64,000 nucleotides of DNA, from positions 18,476,001 through 18,540,000 of the forward strand of contig CM022677.1 of NCBI GenBank assembly GCA_012295275.1. The letters run 5' to 3'. The notes under the pieces are model-generated. The model ran no database searches. It was not told where the DNA came from and worked only from the letters and a program-made list of their open reading frames with translations. Source of the stretch: Chrysomallon squamiferum (taxonomy: Eukaryota > Animalia > Mollusca). Positions 17,369 to 31,975 of the stretch are shown here, in pieces (position 1 is the stretch's first letter; each line of letters opens with the position of its first letter). A program made the position numbers and the translations under genes.

Positions 17369-17647
17369 TTATTTGTTAGTGCCAGCTATCGGTTTAATAC
17401 TCAGTCTTTTAGGACAATTTGCTATTACTACATCTTCTTTTGAACCACATTGTCTGCAGATCGTAGAGTTATTTCCCCTTGTGCTCAAGCGTGTCAACGT
17501 TTCTTTACTGAGCATGTAGCCAGCTTCTTGAAAAACTGACGTGTTTTTAGTGGACAGGAAGTAACGTAAGTTCTCTACGATGACGTAAGTATCGTCGTCT
17601 GCTTTCGTGAACCAGTCGGCGTCGTTTAAGTGGTGTTTGTAGATGTA
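17369..17647 (-). pseudogene. C1GALT1: Core 1 beta-1,3-galactosyltransferase (T-synthase, GT31) pseudo-exon with an internal deletion
   Basis: After a pyrimidine tract and CAG, it reads [92 protein letters not shown]. The motifs DWFxKADDDTYV, AGYxLS and EDV are diagnostic. The usual YFG...YMSGG segment is missing, and no other exons were recognised. Confidence 0.85.
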
Positions 17648-18018
17648 CTGACAGAGAGATAAAAGACAACAAAAAGTGTCACACGCACTAATGCGTGTGA
17701 AAAGTAGAAAGGTAGAAAGAAAAAGAAAAAACGAAATGAAATGTTCAAGTTATTAGTTCATTTATGCGTCGATTAATTATTATTATTTTTTTATTGTTAT
17801 TAAGAATATTATTATTTTCTGTTTAGATGAATTTTTGTGTTTATTATTGTTGTTGACGTCGTAGCCGTTGTTGTTGTAGTAGTAAATACAGCAACAATAG
17901 TGAGCCGGATGATTCGCTTGATGTGTTTTCACTTTTGACAGGCTTGATTTATAGATGTTTATATATTATTAATTAATTAAAAATCACAAAACTTAACAAC
18001 AACAACAACAAAACAACA

Positions 18019-18050
<32 letters not shown>

Positions 18051-18171
18051 CATAATAATAATAATATTAATATTAATAATAATCATGATAACGATGATGA
18101 TGGTGATGACAATAATAATAATCTTGATGATGATGATGATAATAATAATAATATTAATAATCATGATGATG

Positions 18172-18209
<38 letters not shown>

Positions 18210-21200
18210 TGCGATGAATTTAAATACATATAATGACAACACTATGCCACATATTGAACAGATAAATAAACTGTTAGTGAATGTCATTTGAGCATTCTTA
18301 ATACACGTATAATCCAGTTTGATTTAAACAAACGTAACAATTATCAATACGATTTCAATTTCTGTCCTGTTTACGACAAGGGAAGTAACTCTGTTATCAA
18401 ACGTTAAGCAAAAGAAAAAGACTGGTTATCCCGCCTGATCTCTTTCCAAACCGGTTTAATATATAACTGAAGCAATATTTAAGGAGAATAATACAATTAT
18501 AATAACGATTTCAGTATCATCGCTATTTGAAAAAATACTGCAAAGTCAACTACATAATAATACATTTATTATAATGGTTTTAAAATATGTGTCTGTACAT
18601 ACATACATACATTCATACATACATACATACATACATACATACATACAGACATACATACATACATGTGTCTATACATACATACATAATACATACATACATA
18701 CATACATACATAGATACATATCTATATATATATATAGGCATATTTATAGTGGATAATATGTTATAATTATTTTCTACACTCGTATTTTAATAATTTATTA
18801 TAAATGAGGGTTGGTAACAATGTTACGATGCTGGTAAAGGGGTAAACACACTAGTTTATCAATTTTAATCATCTTATTGTAATAATAATTATATATTAAT
18901 ATAGAGTTAATATGTATTAGTTTGAGTGAACGTCCCTTTATATTTATTACGAGTAATTTGTTGTCTCACACTACCCGAGCATGGCACCCGTTTGAGAACT
19001 TTATTTTAATCTATAAATAGAATGGTTCATTTGAATCGCCAAGTGACACGCATGACCTAGCACGCATGACACAGATAATTTACATTTCAAACACAGACTT
19101 TAAGCACGTTCTCCTCTTATTTAATATCAAAGGGGCAGATATTCTATAGTGTTCTATTCTTATTTATTTATTTATTTAACATACTTAATATATGCTTGAA
19201 GAAACAATAAAAGAAAAAACATAAAAGATTATTTTTACCAACGTAGTTAACAATTTAGAACTTTTCAAAAGATACTGTGTCGTTTTCTTATTTCCTTGTG
19301 GGTCTCTGTGTGTCTGTGTGCGTGTGTATGTGTCTATGTGTCTGTGTGTATGTGTGCCTGTGTGTCTGTGTGTCTTTGTCTGTGTGTCTGTGTTTTTTTC
19401 TATGTGACTGTATGTGTGAATCAGTGCATGATTACATATGGGATGAATAGGTACTGGTGCGTGTACGAGATATTTTCACAAAACATTATGAAAGCAAAAT
19501 GGAGAATACAGGTTTATAAGAACGAATAAATGAATGAAAGACAACATCACAAACATAGAAAGTAGTACAGACAAAACAAATGACCATTTTGTTTCGTTAT
19601 CACAATTAAGGTTTACAAGAACAACAATTATTTCTCAAAGTATTTAATCTACAAGCTAATTAGACTTAATAATCGAAAATAAATATAAGTAATAACTAAT
19701 AATAGAAAGCAAATAAAAAACTAATAATCGAAAATAAATAAAAATAATAACTAATAATAAAAAACAAATAAAACAAGTACTAATAATAGAAAAAAATAAA
19801 ATAATAGCTAATAAAAGAAAATAAATAGAAATAATAACCAATCATAGAAAAAAGAAATAATGAAAACTTTCTTTTTTTTGTCTTTTTTTCTTTTTGACGA
19901 ATTGCTTTTAGATAGTTGTAGTGTTGTCTTCAACTGGTTGTGTTGTTTGATATTCTGCCTGACAGCAATAGAGCTATTTCTCATTCCTAATGCGCACGTT
20001 ATATTGAAGATCGCACGTTGACTCACATACTCACACAATCACCTACATACTTGTACAACGCCTACTAAGTAATTGTAACTCAAAGAACCAAATACATCAA
20101 CTTGTTGCGGCAGACCGAGTAATTAAGAACACAATTAAAACTATTGTTCTCTCGATACAAGATTTTTCAAGATATCGCTGTCATACGTCACCTAGCTAAC
20201 CTTTGATACATTGTTTCAGTCGTTACGTCATTCACTGAGGGAGACTGTAAATATACGTCAGAGTTTAACCTCATCCTTATTAGTTGTTTGTTATACCACG
20301 ACCTCTGCTGGCTTCAAGTCTTCCGCTTTACAGAGGTGAATTAACAATTATTCCTACGGGGAGTTGACGTAGTCGTTTTCTAACATTGACTACAGTTTTG
20401 ATCAGTAATCACTCGAAATAAAGAGGTAATACCAGCGCATTTGAAATCTGTATAAAAAAAATATACAGAAAAAAGAAGGGTATAGAAATATATAGTTATA
20501 TTAGAAAAAAGTTTTAAAGTGAAAAAATAAATAAATCAATAAATCAATAAATCAATAATAATAATAATAATAATAATAATAGTAATAAGGATTAAATAAA
20601 TATATATTTTTTATTAATTCTGAGAGCAGAAGTAATAGAAGAATGAACAATTTTACAATTCTTTTATAGTAATAAAATTTGTTATTCAATATATATATAT
20701 ATTTCTGTGTGTGTATATCCAATATATATGTTATGTATCTCACTGATACGTATGTAAAAAAGACGTTTTCTTTACTCAATATTCTTCTTATTTTCTTTAA
20801 AAAGTTTACTGAAAAAAATAAGATCAGTGTCATAATACTATTAAATAGTTTTTGTCTACTATAATAAACAAACAAAAAGAACAATAATAATAACAGTGTT
20901 TATTTATTTATTTATTTATGTATTTGTTTATGTATTTATTTTTTTATTTTTTATTTATCGCCCTCTGTTATTATTTCGTATACACACTAACAAATAATAG
21001 TCTGATTATTATTGTATTTTGAATTTGCGTTAGTCTTTAAAAATAGCAGATCTTTTCAAAACGTGATTCAATACTAAATTTGAAACCTCACTGCAGATCT
21101 GCAGATACGTCTGTTAAATCCGGGTTTTAGAGATCGTGTTTCTTCTTTTCTTTATTGTGCATGTTGTAGCTAGTTTGACAAAGGGAAGTGATCAACAATA

Positions 21201-21963
21201 ATCACAGAGGAGGGTGACAGGGCCGATACTGAGATTTGTAGACAATTAATCGTGATTTAACTTTTTGTTTGAGTTTCATAAATATAGAAGGATAATTAGA
21301 GAGACAGATACTTCGATAGAAATCTAACTGTAACACTGAAATCCTTATAATGGTAAAATGTCGTGATAATATATCAGATCAGTTATTAAAATAACAAATA
21401 TCAAACTTTTTTTTACTTTTTAATGATTGCATGGAATGACGTCACATAAGGTTAAAGTTTTCAAATGAAACAGAAGACTTACAAAATGTAAAGTGTCATA
21501 ATTAATTAATTACTTAACGAACTTAATATGATACTACCACTACTACTACTACTACTACTACTATTACTACTACTACTACTACTACTATTACTAGTTCTAC
21601 TACTACTACTAAAACAGCTACTACTACTATCATCAGTATTTAATTTACTGATTAATCAGTGGTCATTTATTTCTATAATATTGGAAAACGTATTTGTTGA
21701 TTTACTTATTTATTTATTTCTTAGAAAGAGCTAAAGTTGAATCTGTAGGTAGTAAATATAAAACTGCACTCCTGAGAAAACAAATTACTGCGTTAATTAT
21801 ACGCGAGCTGACTAAATAAAAATAAATTAAACAAATGATAATGTCAGTATAAAAGAAAGAAAATATGGTTTATAAAGAATTTCATATACAAGACAATGAT
21901 ATTAGTAGTGGAGTAAAGCTGTAGCAGCAACAGTAGCATTAGCAGTCGTAGTAATTGCAGTGT

Positions 21964-22004
<41 letters not shown>

Positions 22005-22313
22005 CAGATAAGTAAATTTATTAATGCCATACCCCACCCGTTAAATAAGCAAAACCCGACCTGGCTGTTTTATTTAACTGATATATATCAATATCAGTTT
22101 ACTAAATAAGGCCGTGGTTTCAAATTGACACCTGACTTTTTTCTCTATCACGAAAGAGTCAAAGTTCACATCAAGCGGGTATATTAGATCACGTGTTTGA
22201 ATGCTTGCCTCATTGAACTGAAACCTGGATTACACAGCAACACAGCCTGATTGTCATCTCTTTGTTATGAAATATACAACTGGCAAGAACACCATTTTGG
22301 TTTATTTAAGTTG

Positions 22314-22419
<106 letters not shown>

Positions 22420-22792
22420 GCAGGACGTTGACGTGACAGTTAGTTGATAACGTCACTACTGTGTTACCTCTGCTTGGAATTACACAATGTATATATATAC
22501 ATAGACGTACGTGACAGTCAGTTGGTAACATCACTCACAGTGTTGACCTCAGATACCCCGCTATTGTCACACACTGTTTTAGAGATAATAATTAGAGATT
22601 AATTTGTTCAGTCTGATCTCACACAAACAACTTATCTCCAAAATAATGGTTATACTACTTCAATACATACATACATACATACACACATACTAACACACAG
22701 ACACACATAGATACATACATACCTACATACATACATACATGCATACCAACACACACACAAATACATGCGTACACACATATATACATACACAC

Positions 22793-22852
<60 letters not shown>

Positions 22853-23962
22853 GTACGTAACCTACTAGTTACTCACTACATAAAATCACGTGTCTAAGGA
22901 ATAAAGAAACAAGACGAGGTTTCAAATTAAAGGGATTTAATATTAGTAAATTCCTGATATAGCAATGTTAACATTAACAACATAGTAACTTAGGCCTCTC
23001 CAAGGAGGACAAACTGACCACGTCAACAAAACAAATCATACATTTTTTTTATCAAAACAAAGCAACAGAAAACAATTGATGGTTACTTTAAAAAAAAGTC
23101 AAAAACGTAATACATGTATTAATATACGGTTCATTAGAAAAATAACTGAAGATAAGTCAATTACATGCATATAGATATTAATATCAACTGTTAAAGTTCA
23201 TTTACTGATAAAATTGTAATCTTTAACAAAAACAATTAACTTCTCTTTTGTAGAAAAACATGAACCTCTTGATTACACGAGAGTAACAGGTGTGATTTCG
23301 TGTTTATCTATTTCTGATTCCTGGACACCTGAAATACTAACATTACTACCCTGCTAATCTGTTTGTAATCATTTCTACCACAGTTAACCAGAACTAATAA
23401 CATTTTATGTAAATCTCTATATAAACAATGTATGCATATATGAGACATTAGTAATAATTAAACCATAAACTTTTAAAATACATATAGACATATAATTATT
23501 TCAATTGCTAAACTCGCATATAATAACAGATCGTAGTTTGAATGAAATGGAAAAGCTATTGCGCATGTGCCCGTTGCTGAGTAAATCACGAGTGCTGGAC
23601 ATCGATTGTTACTGAAAAAAAAGGGCAAAACACCATATAACAGATTGTATACGATAATATCATAGAAGTCTCTGGAAAAATCCTGTACGGATATATAAGA
23701 CATTAATAATAATTAAATCATAAACCTTTTAAATACAAATATGCATGACATTCCTTCAGTTGCTAAACTCACATATTAAACAGAAGATTCATTGTCTGCA
23801 GACAAACAGCTTATATAATACATAATTGTTAAATATTAAAAAGAGATTCTTTGTCTGGGTCACACATAGTTTATATAATACTTGATTGTCACATATTAAA
23901 GAGACATTATTTGCCACGATCATCATTTTCGTCATTAGTAACAGCACTATTATTATTATTAT

Positions 23963-23994
<32 letters not shown>

Positions 23995-24258
23995 AAACTA
24001 CTACTACTACTATTAGTACTTTTATTATTATTTTAGAACAAAATATGCAAGAAATAAAATAATTACTTTAATAATTTTTGTAATATTAGTAGTACTAGTA
24101 GAAGTAGAAGTAGTAATAATAATAACATTAAGTTTACAAAACTGATTCTCATCAAACTTTTGTTAGTGAAAGTTATGTCTGCTTTGTAAGTTTGTGTTTC
24201 GTGTTTAATCATTTTCTTTTACTAAATCAGGACATCTCCACTTGTTAGTTATAGAAAA

Positions 24259-24647
24259 TTACTGAAAGCAATAAATTCCGAAGTTGTGTTCGTTGATGTC
24301 CTTTTCAAGATGTTTAAAGTTCTGCACGCGCAGTTCAATACTGTCGTCTGCTTTCAGTTCAAACAAAGCGCCTTGGTAAGTGGGAGTAAACTCTGCTGTC
24401 GCTGATGACGTCACCACACACTGAGACTGGAAAAGTTCGAGTAATTTCTCTTCGTGTTTCCCGCCATTTCTAAGCCAGATGGAATGAACAGAAGTGGCGA
24501 CATCTTGTGTTTGGTCGTTCACGAAAACAAGATGAGCGTAAATAAAACACGTGCCAGGCGTTTTTACTTGAATGCGGCCATCTTTGTACATCATCTTCTT
24601 CCCAATGATCGAAGAGTCTTGTTTCCAGTGCAGTATATTTTGTCCTT

Positions 24648-24706
<59 letters not shown>

Positions 24707-24819
24707 TAATAACAATAATAATTATCAACAATTGTTTAGCAAACTCTGTTTCTCTCTCTATCTCATACATAGCTACAAATCCACATTAAAGCTAGAACTT
24801 CTAATAAACAGACTGATAA

Positions 24820-24855
<36 letters not shown>

Positions 24856-25952
24856 TTATAATAAATATTTAATATGGTAACATAATGAACACATCTGTTT
24901 TTTAAAAATGATATCTAATATTTGAATATCTCATTACTGTTTAGTTTTTAATGAACTTTGACCTCACCTGACCTCGCCAAGTCAATTCCGCGTAGATATG
25001 CTGAGCGGTCATTCTCCCCATCAAAATGTGATTCAGAATCTAAAAAAACAAATGACATGTATATATACATATATTTCGACGTTAATGTTTTTAAATCTCT
25101 CGGTCGATTCCGGTCAGTCGGAACACCTCGTCACATTCCGCTACGCTCATATTTCAAAGAAATGTACGAAATGTTCCGAATGTATAACGAGGTACGGAAT
25201 CGACCGAGTTTTAACGAATCCCGCCTCTACAAAAATTTCAGTATTAGTCAGCGGTTAGCACGAAGTCGGGATTGTTTAGTTATTCACTGTCCACTGCGCG
25301 CAACACGTCTATTTATAGAACCTGGGATTTCCGCTCTGATGAATAGAAATAGAATATATTAATGTTTATAGGATCACTGATAGCAAATCAATTCACAGTT
25401 CATACATTATTAACACGACCAGTCGGGCTAGTTAGAAACAGTTGTGATTAGACTGAACCAGTCGTTTACTAGACAAAGTCGTTCAGACGTGCCTTACTGT
25501 CGAAGCCTGAATATATAGTTTAACACATACCTGTGTGTTTCCTGGGTGGTTTTTTTGTTATATGTGCATGTGTGTGTGTTTGTGTGTTTGTGTGTGTGTT
25601 TGTGTGTTTCTGTGTTTGTGTGTGAGTGTTCACACACAGTCAGAAAAAGAAACAGACAGACAGACAGACAGTGGCAGATAAGACACACAAAGAAAAAGAA
25701 ATGATTTTTAGATTTTTGAAATCTTCTCGTGTCACAAATGTCAGTTTTTAGTTTTGAATGTATTAAGAACATTAATGTATATTAAGAATGATTTACTACT
25801 CACGTTTGGCTCTCTCTTGCTGGTACTGTGTTTCTACAAACTGCGAATAAATAGAATTGTAGAAAAGAATCAACATATTTTGGTCCATATGTAAGAACAT
25901 ACATACAAACATACATACATACAACATCAACAACAGAAACAACAAACATAAC

Positions 25953-26011
<59 letters not shown>

Positions 26012-26033
26012 TAATAATAATAATAATAACAAC

Positions 26034-26068
<35 letters not shown>

Positions 26069-26540
26069 CCTTTGTTACGATGTCGATCAGGTTTCGGTCA
26101 CGACCAGCACAGCAGATATTTCCATCTTCTCGAACGTCGAAGTCGTAGATGTTGTCAGTTTTGTCGTTGTCGGTGAGATAAACGTCTTTGCACGGAAAGC
26201 AGACGTCGTCGTCCCATTGCACAACGGTTTGACGTTGTGACTGCACCCGTGGTGTAGTGAATGTTAGAAATACAACGATCACCAGAAAGATGTCGATGAA
26301 AAGAAAAAGGACACTGACCTCTGTCCAGAATTTGTTTTTCTCTTTTTCTGTGACTTTCTCTTTGTTACATTTTTCTCGCACTTTTTCTCTTGGCATAAAT
26401 TTTGTGTCAGGATTGAGAAAACTTTCAAAATTTTCTTCTCCATTTGGTTTGATGAGTGGCTCGTCACTGCTACCTGGATTATGCCTTTCTCTCTGTCTCT
26501 CTTCTTTGTTTTGTAACAAACTTTCGTTGTTATGATCCAT
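24259..26540 (-). CDS. TNF-superfamily ligand, copy 2 (322 aa, 4 exons)
   Basis: Exons (minus): 26540-26070, 25840-25804, 25039-24968, 24647-24259. GT-AG introns with the same phases as copy 1; 969 nt, open. Same TM, Cys-containing stalk and TNF-domain motifs. Confidence 0.9.
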
Positions 26541-27928
26541 TTCTTTTTTATCTCAGAAAACGTGTATGTGGCTCAGATACAAACTGCGAACTGTGATTGT
26601 CCGTTAGATGTGTCTTTTAAAATGTTTTCTGTTGAAATGTTTAAGCACGATATGGTCTATCCAATCAGTGGATCGGATCAGATATACAACTTTGCCAATT
26701 ATTTCTGAGTGACTTGACAATAAACTAAAATACCCAGTTGACTAAATTACAGTCTGCATGTGAAGCTAGACATTTGACGTAACGCTCTAGACCACGTGAC
26801 ACTAGGACTAGTGACCAGTGATATCAATTCAGGCAGTCAGTCAAGTGGGATAAATGTTTTGTTTGTATCTGTTTATTGTAGGGATTATTGGTTCAATTCA
26901 GTTCATTATTACTGTAATCTTTACAGCCTATTGGTACACTTTGTCAATAAAAATGCAAGAAGTACAGAGAGTGATAGAATAATTTAAAAAAAAAAAAAAA
27001 AAAAAAAATTGGAGAATATAAATAATATAGAACAACAATCCATTACTGAGATATTGGTAAAAGGGAGAATTCAGTATTTGATGCATTTTAATGATCTAGT
27101 TGTAAGAATAAACATTTAGTAAAAAAGCGTTAATATTAATTGTTTTGTTTGAACGTACCTTTAGATGTTCATTGATACGTTTGCACCTGAGCATGGTACG
27201 GTTGTGAAGAGATTGTATAGTTGAAATTAGTTACTAAACTTTAAGAATGTTCTGTACGAACACGAGTGTCACATTACCTAATATGTGAAGAGTCACAAGT
27301 CGTCTGTAACAGTAAACTCATAAAAAAAAAAATCTATAAATAGTAATAACTAAAAAATACAAGTAAAAGATTTATTTATTTATTTATTTAATTTTATTTT
27401 TATTAATTTTTATTTATTAATTTATTATTTTTAACGGTTATGGTTCATTTCATATACACTTGAAAGAACAAAAAAAAGAAGAAGATAAAACCTTATTTTT
27501 ACAATTTACAAGTTCTTGAAAGAGACTTTTTTTTCTTTTTAGGCGTCTGTATGTCTGTGTATCTATGTGGTTGTATGTCAGAATCAGTGCGTGACTGCAC
27601 ACACGCACATACATTTACACACTAAAAGGGCCTCGCTTTGGCAGCGAGATATTTTCACAAAACAGCTTTAAAGATGTAACACTTATTTTTAGAACTGCCA
27701 TTAGTGTAATAGACCAGAAACTAAATATATTTATATAATACGTTACAGACATCAGAAATTAAGTTTTGAAAAGAACCAGTAGAAGATAGTACTTATCGTA
27801 TAATGTTTAATCGTAATTTAAAATTTATATCGGTGATCCTTGCTAATGATTTTTTAACACATGGAAACCAAATTATTTAAAATTATTTTTACTGTTTTTA
27901 TATCAAATCATAGTGAAGTTTCTTTTAG

Positions 27929-27974
<46 letters not shown>

Positions 27975-28058
27975 CTGTGTGTGTATATTTGTGTGTGTAT
28001 GTCTGTGGGTGTTTGTCTGTATGTCTGTACTGGTGGCACTCAACTGAACGGACTAGTA

Positions 28059-28084
28059 ACAAACACACACACACACAAACAGAC

Positions 28085-28119
<35 letters not shown>

Positions 28120-28133
28120 CAAACACACACACA

Positions 28134-28165
<32 letters not shown>

Positions 28166-28172
28166 AACAAAC

Positions 28173-28207
<35 letters not shown>

Positions 28208-28245
28208 AAACACACACACACACAAACACACAAACACACACACAA

Positions 28246-28344
<99 letters not shown>

Positions 28345-28362
28345 CACACACACACAACACAA

Positions 28363-28413
<51 letters not shown>

Positions 28414-28503
28414 AACACACAGACACACACAAACACACACACAAACACACACAGACACACAGACACACACACACACAAACACACAAACACACAGACACAC
28501 ACA
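28059..28503. repeat. Interrupted (CA)n microsatellite, about 445 bp
   Basis: Directly visible; expanded relative to the paralogous sites near 12945 and 15010. Confidence 0.95.
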
Positions 28504-28685
28504 GGCACAGTGGTATTTGACTCCTGGGTTTAGCACGTTCCGTGACCAAGCTCGTAACTCAAATTACTCTGCATTTCTTCGAAAACAGTAATTAGTAAGG
28601 CTTGTTATATTTTTTGTTCTCCGCAGAAATCACATACATATATATACGTATATAGACACAGCCACATACATGCAATATGTCATTA

Positions 28686-29263
28686 CAGTTTGATTTCAAT
28701 TCCTCAGTAAACGAGCTCGTAACTCAATTTGCTCGTATATTAAATTAATTTTTCCAAATGAAATTAATTGAAATACCATTAATTCGTTCTAGGCCCTCCA
28801 AAACCACCCCAACTTTTTTGAATAATAAAAATAAATGTGTGTATAAATGACATATACCGTATAGAAATAAAATAAAAGAGAATGTAAAGAAATAAATTGG
28901 TATTATATACTGTAGAGGGTTAGGGTTTCTCCATCTTTTCATGGACAGAGGTCCTCAGCTTACAAATTATTTTAACGCCTTTGGCTGGAGTTACAAACTT
29001 TATCAACTCCTTCTGTTTCAGTATGGTAATATCTTAAAAGTACTACGCCCGTACTGCCTAGCCATGTTGACTACACGCGCACGTCGCTCTTGCTTTTCTA
29101 AGACTTCATGCTTTAATTCAATGAACATCATCCGCTTCTTCTTCTCAGCACTGTCTTTTGCACTCACTTTCTTTGGATCCATGAAAATCTGGCAAAATAC
29201 TGCACAAAACGCGAGCCATCACAACAGAGATGTTTCCACAGTGAGGTAACCACGTGAAGCAAA
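28686..29263 (-). mobile_element. Second copy of the Tigger/pogo remnant, retaining the opposite end
   Basis: 28860-29263 aligns to 16785-17190. The plus strand starts TA|CAGT at 28684-28689, followed by subterminal GAGCTCGTAACTCAATTTGCTCGTA. Isolated terminal fragments of the same family lie at about 12995-13055, 15059-15120 and 28508-28570. Confidence 0.7.
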
Positions 29264-29374
29264 CGACGTGTTTTTAGTGGAGAGGAAGTGAAGTAAGTTT
29301 TCTACGATGACGTAAGTATCGTCGTCTGCTTCCATGAACCAGTCGGCGTCGTTTAAGTGGTGTTTGTAGATGTA
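29264..29374 (-). pseudogene. C1GALT1: Second, truncated C1GALT1-like pseudo-exon
   Basis: Reads [37 protein letters not shown] and is then fused directly to Tigger sequence. Paralogue of 17369-17647. Confidence 0.8.
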
Positions 29375-29707
29375 CTGACAGAGAGAAAAAAGACAACAAA
29401 AAGTGTCACACGCACTAATGCGTGTTAAAAGTAGAAGAAATGAAATGAAACGTTCAAGTTATTAGTTCATTTATTCGTCGATTAATTTTTTAATTTATTT
29501 ATTATTATTATTATAATTTGTTTAGATTAATTCTTGGATTTATTATTGTTGGTGACGTCGTGTTGTTGTTGTAGTAGTAGTAGTAAAAACAGCAACAATA
29601 ATGAAAAGGAAGATTCACCTGATATGTTTCCATTTTTGGCAGGCTCGATTTATGTATGTTTACATATAATTAATTAATTAAAAAACACAAAACAAATCAA
29701 CAACACC

Positions 29708-29770
<63 letters not shown>

Positions 29771-30799
29771 TACGATGAATTCAAATACATATAATGACAA
29801 CACTATGTCACATATTAAACAAATAAATAAACTGTTTGTGTGTGTCATTTGAGCTTTCTTAATACACGTATAATCCAGTTTGGTTTAAAGAAACGTAACA
29901 ATTATCAATACGATTTCAATTTCTGTCGAGTTTCCGGCAAGGGAAGTAACTCTCTTATCAAACGTTAAGCAAAGGAAAAAGACTGGTTATCCCGCCTGAT
30001 CTCTTTCCAAACCGGTTTAATATATAACTGAAGCAATATCCAAGGAGACTAATACAATTATAATAACGATTTCAGTATCATCGCTATTTGAAAAAATACT
30101 GCAAAGTCAACTACATAATAATACCTTTATTGTAAGGGTTTTAAAATATATGTCTGTACACACACACATACATACATACATACATATATATATATACTCT
30201 CGTATTTTAATAATTTATTATAAACGAAGGTTTAGTAACAATGTTACGATGGTGGTAAATGGGAAAATACACTAATTGATGCATTTTAATAATCTTATTG
30301 TAATAATATGTATATATTAAAAAAGAGTTAACATGTTTTATTTTGAGTGAACGTGCCTTTAGTAATTTGTTGTCTTACACTACCTGAGCGTGGTACCTGA
30401 TTGAAAACTTTATTTTAATCTATAAATAGAATGTTTCATTTGAATCGCGAAGTGACACGCATGACCTAGCAGGCATGATGGAAATAATTTACATTTTAAA
30501 CACAGGAGATCGTGTTTTATATACATATATGATATCACGATAATAAAAATAAAACAGACTTTACACACGTTAATCTTTTATTTAATATCAAAGGGGCAAG
30601 TATTCTATACTGTTATATTCTTTTTTTTTTTTTTTGTATTTATTTATTTATTATTTATTTATTTATTATTTCTTTGTTTAATAAATATTCATGTAAGTTA
30701 CAAAAGAGTTGAAAGGAATCAACAAAATATAAAAAATGAATTAACAGCGGCTGTAAAACAGCCGAGAGATTGTCAGACAGAAGTACAGACCGGACAGAT

Positions 30800-31975
30800 A
30801 GACTGAGAGAGACAGAAAACGAAAGACACTGAGAGAGACAGAGAAAGACAGAAAAAAGAAAGACACTAGAGAGACAAAAAAAGAAAGACACAGAGAGATA
30901 CAGAAAAAGAAAGACACTGAGAGAGACAGAAAGAGAAAGACACTGAGAGTGAGAGAAAGAGAAAGACACTAGAGAGACAGAAAAAGAAAGACACAAAGAG
31001 AGACAGAAAAAGAAAGACAAAGAGAAAGAGAGAGACAGAAAAAGAAAGACACTGAGAGAGACAGAAAGAGAAAGACACTAGAGAGACAGAAAAAGAAAGA
31101 CACAGAGACAGAGAAAAAGAAAGCACTCAGAGAGACAGAAGAAGAAAGACACTGAGAGACAGACAGAAGAGAGAAAGACACTAAAAGAGAGACATAAAAA
31201 GAGACAAGAAAGAGAGAGAAAAAAAAAAAGACACAGAGAGAGACAGAAAAAGAAAGACACTCAGAGAAACGGAAAAAAAGACACTCACAGACAGAAAAAA
31301 AAAGAAAGACCCAGAGAACGACAAAGAAAGAGAAAAAAGACACCAGAGAGACAGAAAAAAAAGAAAGACACAACGAGAGACAGAAAAAAAAGTCACCAGA
31401 GAAACAGAAAAGAAAAAGACTCAGAGAGACAGAATAAGAAAGACACTGAGAGAGAGAGAGAAAGAGAAAGACACAAGAGAGAGAAAAAAAAAAGACACAA
31501 GAGAGAGAGAAAAAGAAAGACACAGAGAGAGAAAGACAGAAAAAAAAAGAAAGACACAGAGAGACACAGAAAAGAAAGACACTGAGAGAGAGACAAAAAA
31601 AAGAAAGACACTAGAGAGAGACAGAAAAAAAAAGCACAGAGACAGTAAAAACAGAAAGACACACAGAGAGAGACAGAAAAAAAAGAAAAAGAAAGACACA
31701 GAGAGACAGAAAAAGAAAGACACTGAGAGAGAGAGACAGAAAAAAGAAAGACACTAGAGAGACAGAAAAAGAAAGACACTGAGAGAGACAGAAATAGAAA
31801 GAGACTGAGAGAGACAGAAAAAGAAAGACACAGAGAGAGACAGAAAAAGAAAGACACTGAGAGAGACAGAAAAAGAAAGACACAGAGAGACAGAAAAAGA
31901 AAGAGACTGAGAGAGACAGAAAAAGAAAGACAGAGAGAGACAGAAAAAGAAAGACACTGAGAGAGAGAAAGAAAC
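30800..31975. repeat. Polypurine minisatellite, paralogue of 4480-5440
   Basis: Same unit and same right flank (GAAACAGTCAGAGAATTAAGGAGTAGTCAAAG). A short third copy lies at about 34305-34410. Confidence 0.9.

Noticed and set aside
17679-17700. 9-bp hairpin TCACACGCA-CTAA-TGCGTGTGA as a Helitron 3' end explaining gene-fragment capture
   Set aside because: No CTRR terminus at the expected distance on either strand, and no Rep/helicase remnant.
22040-22100. Small inverted repeats (GTTAAATAA...TTATTTAAC; AACTGATAT...ATATCAGTT)
   Set aside because: Short and AT-rich, single occurrence, with no TSD or family evidence.
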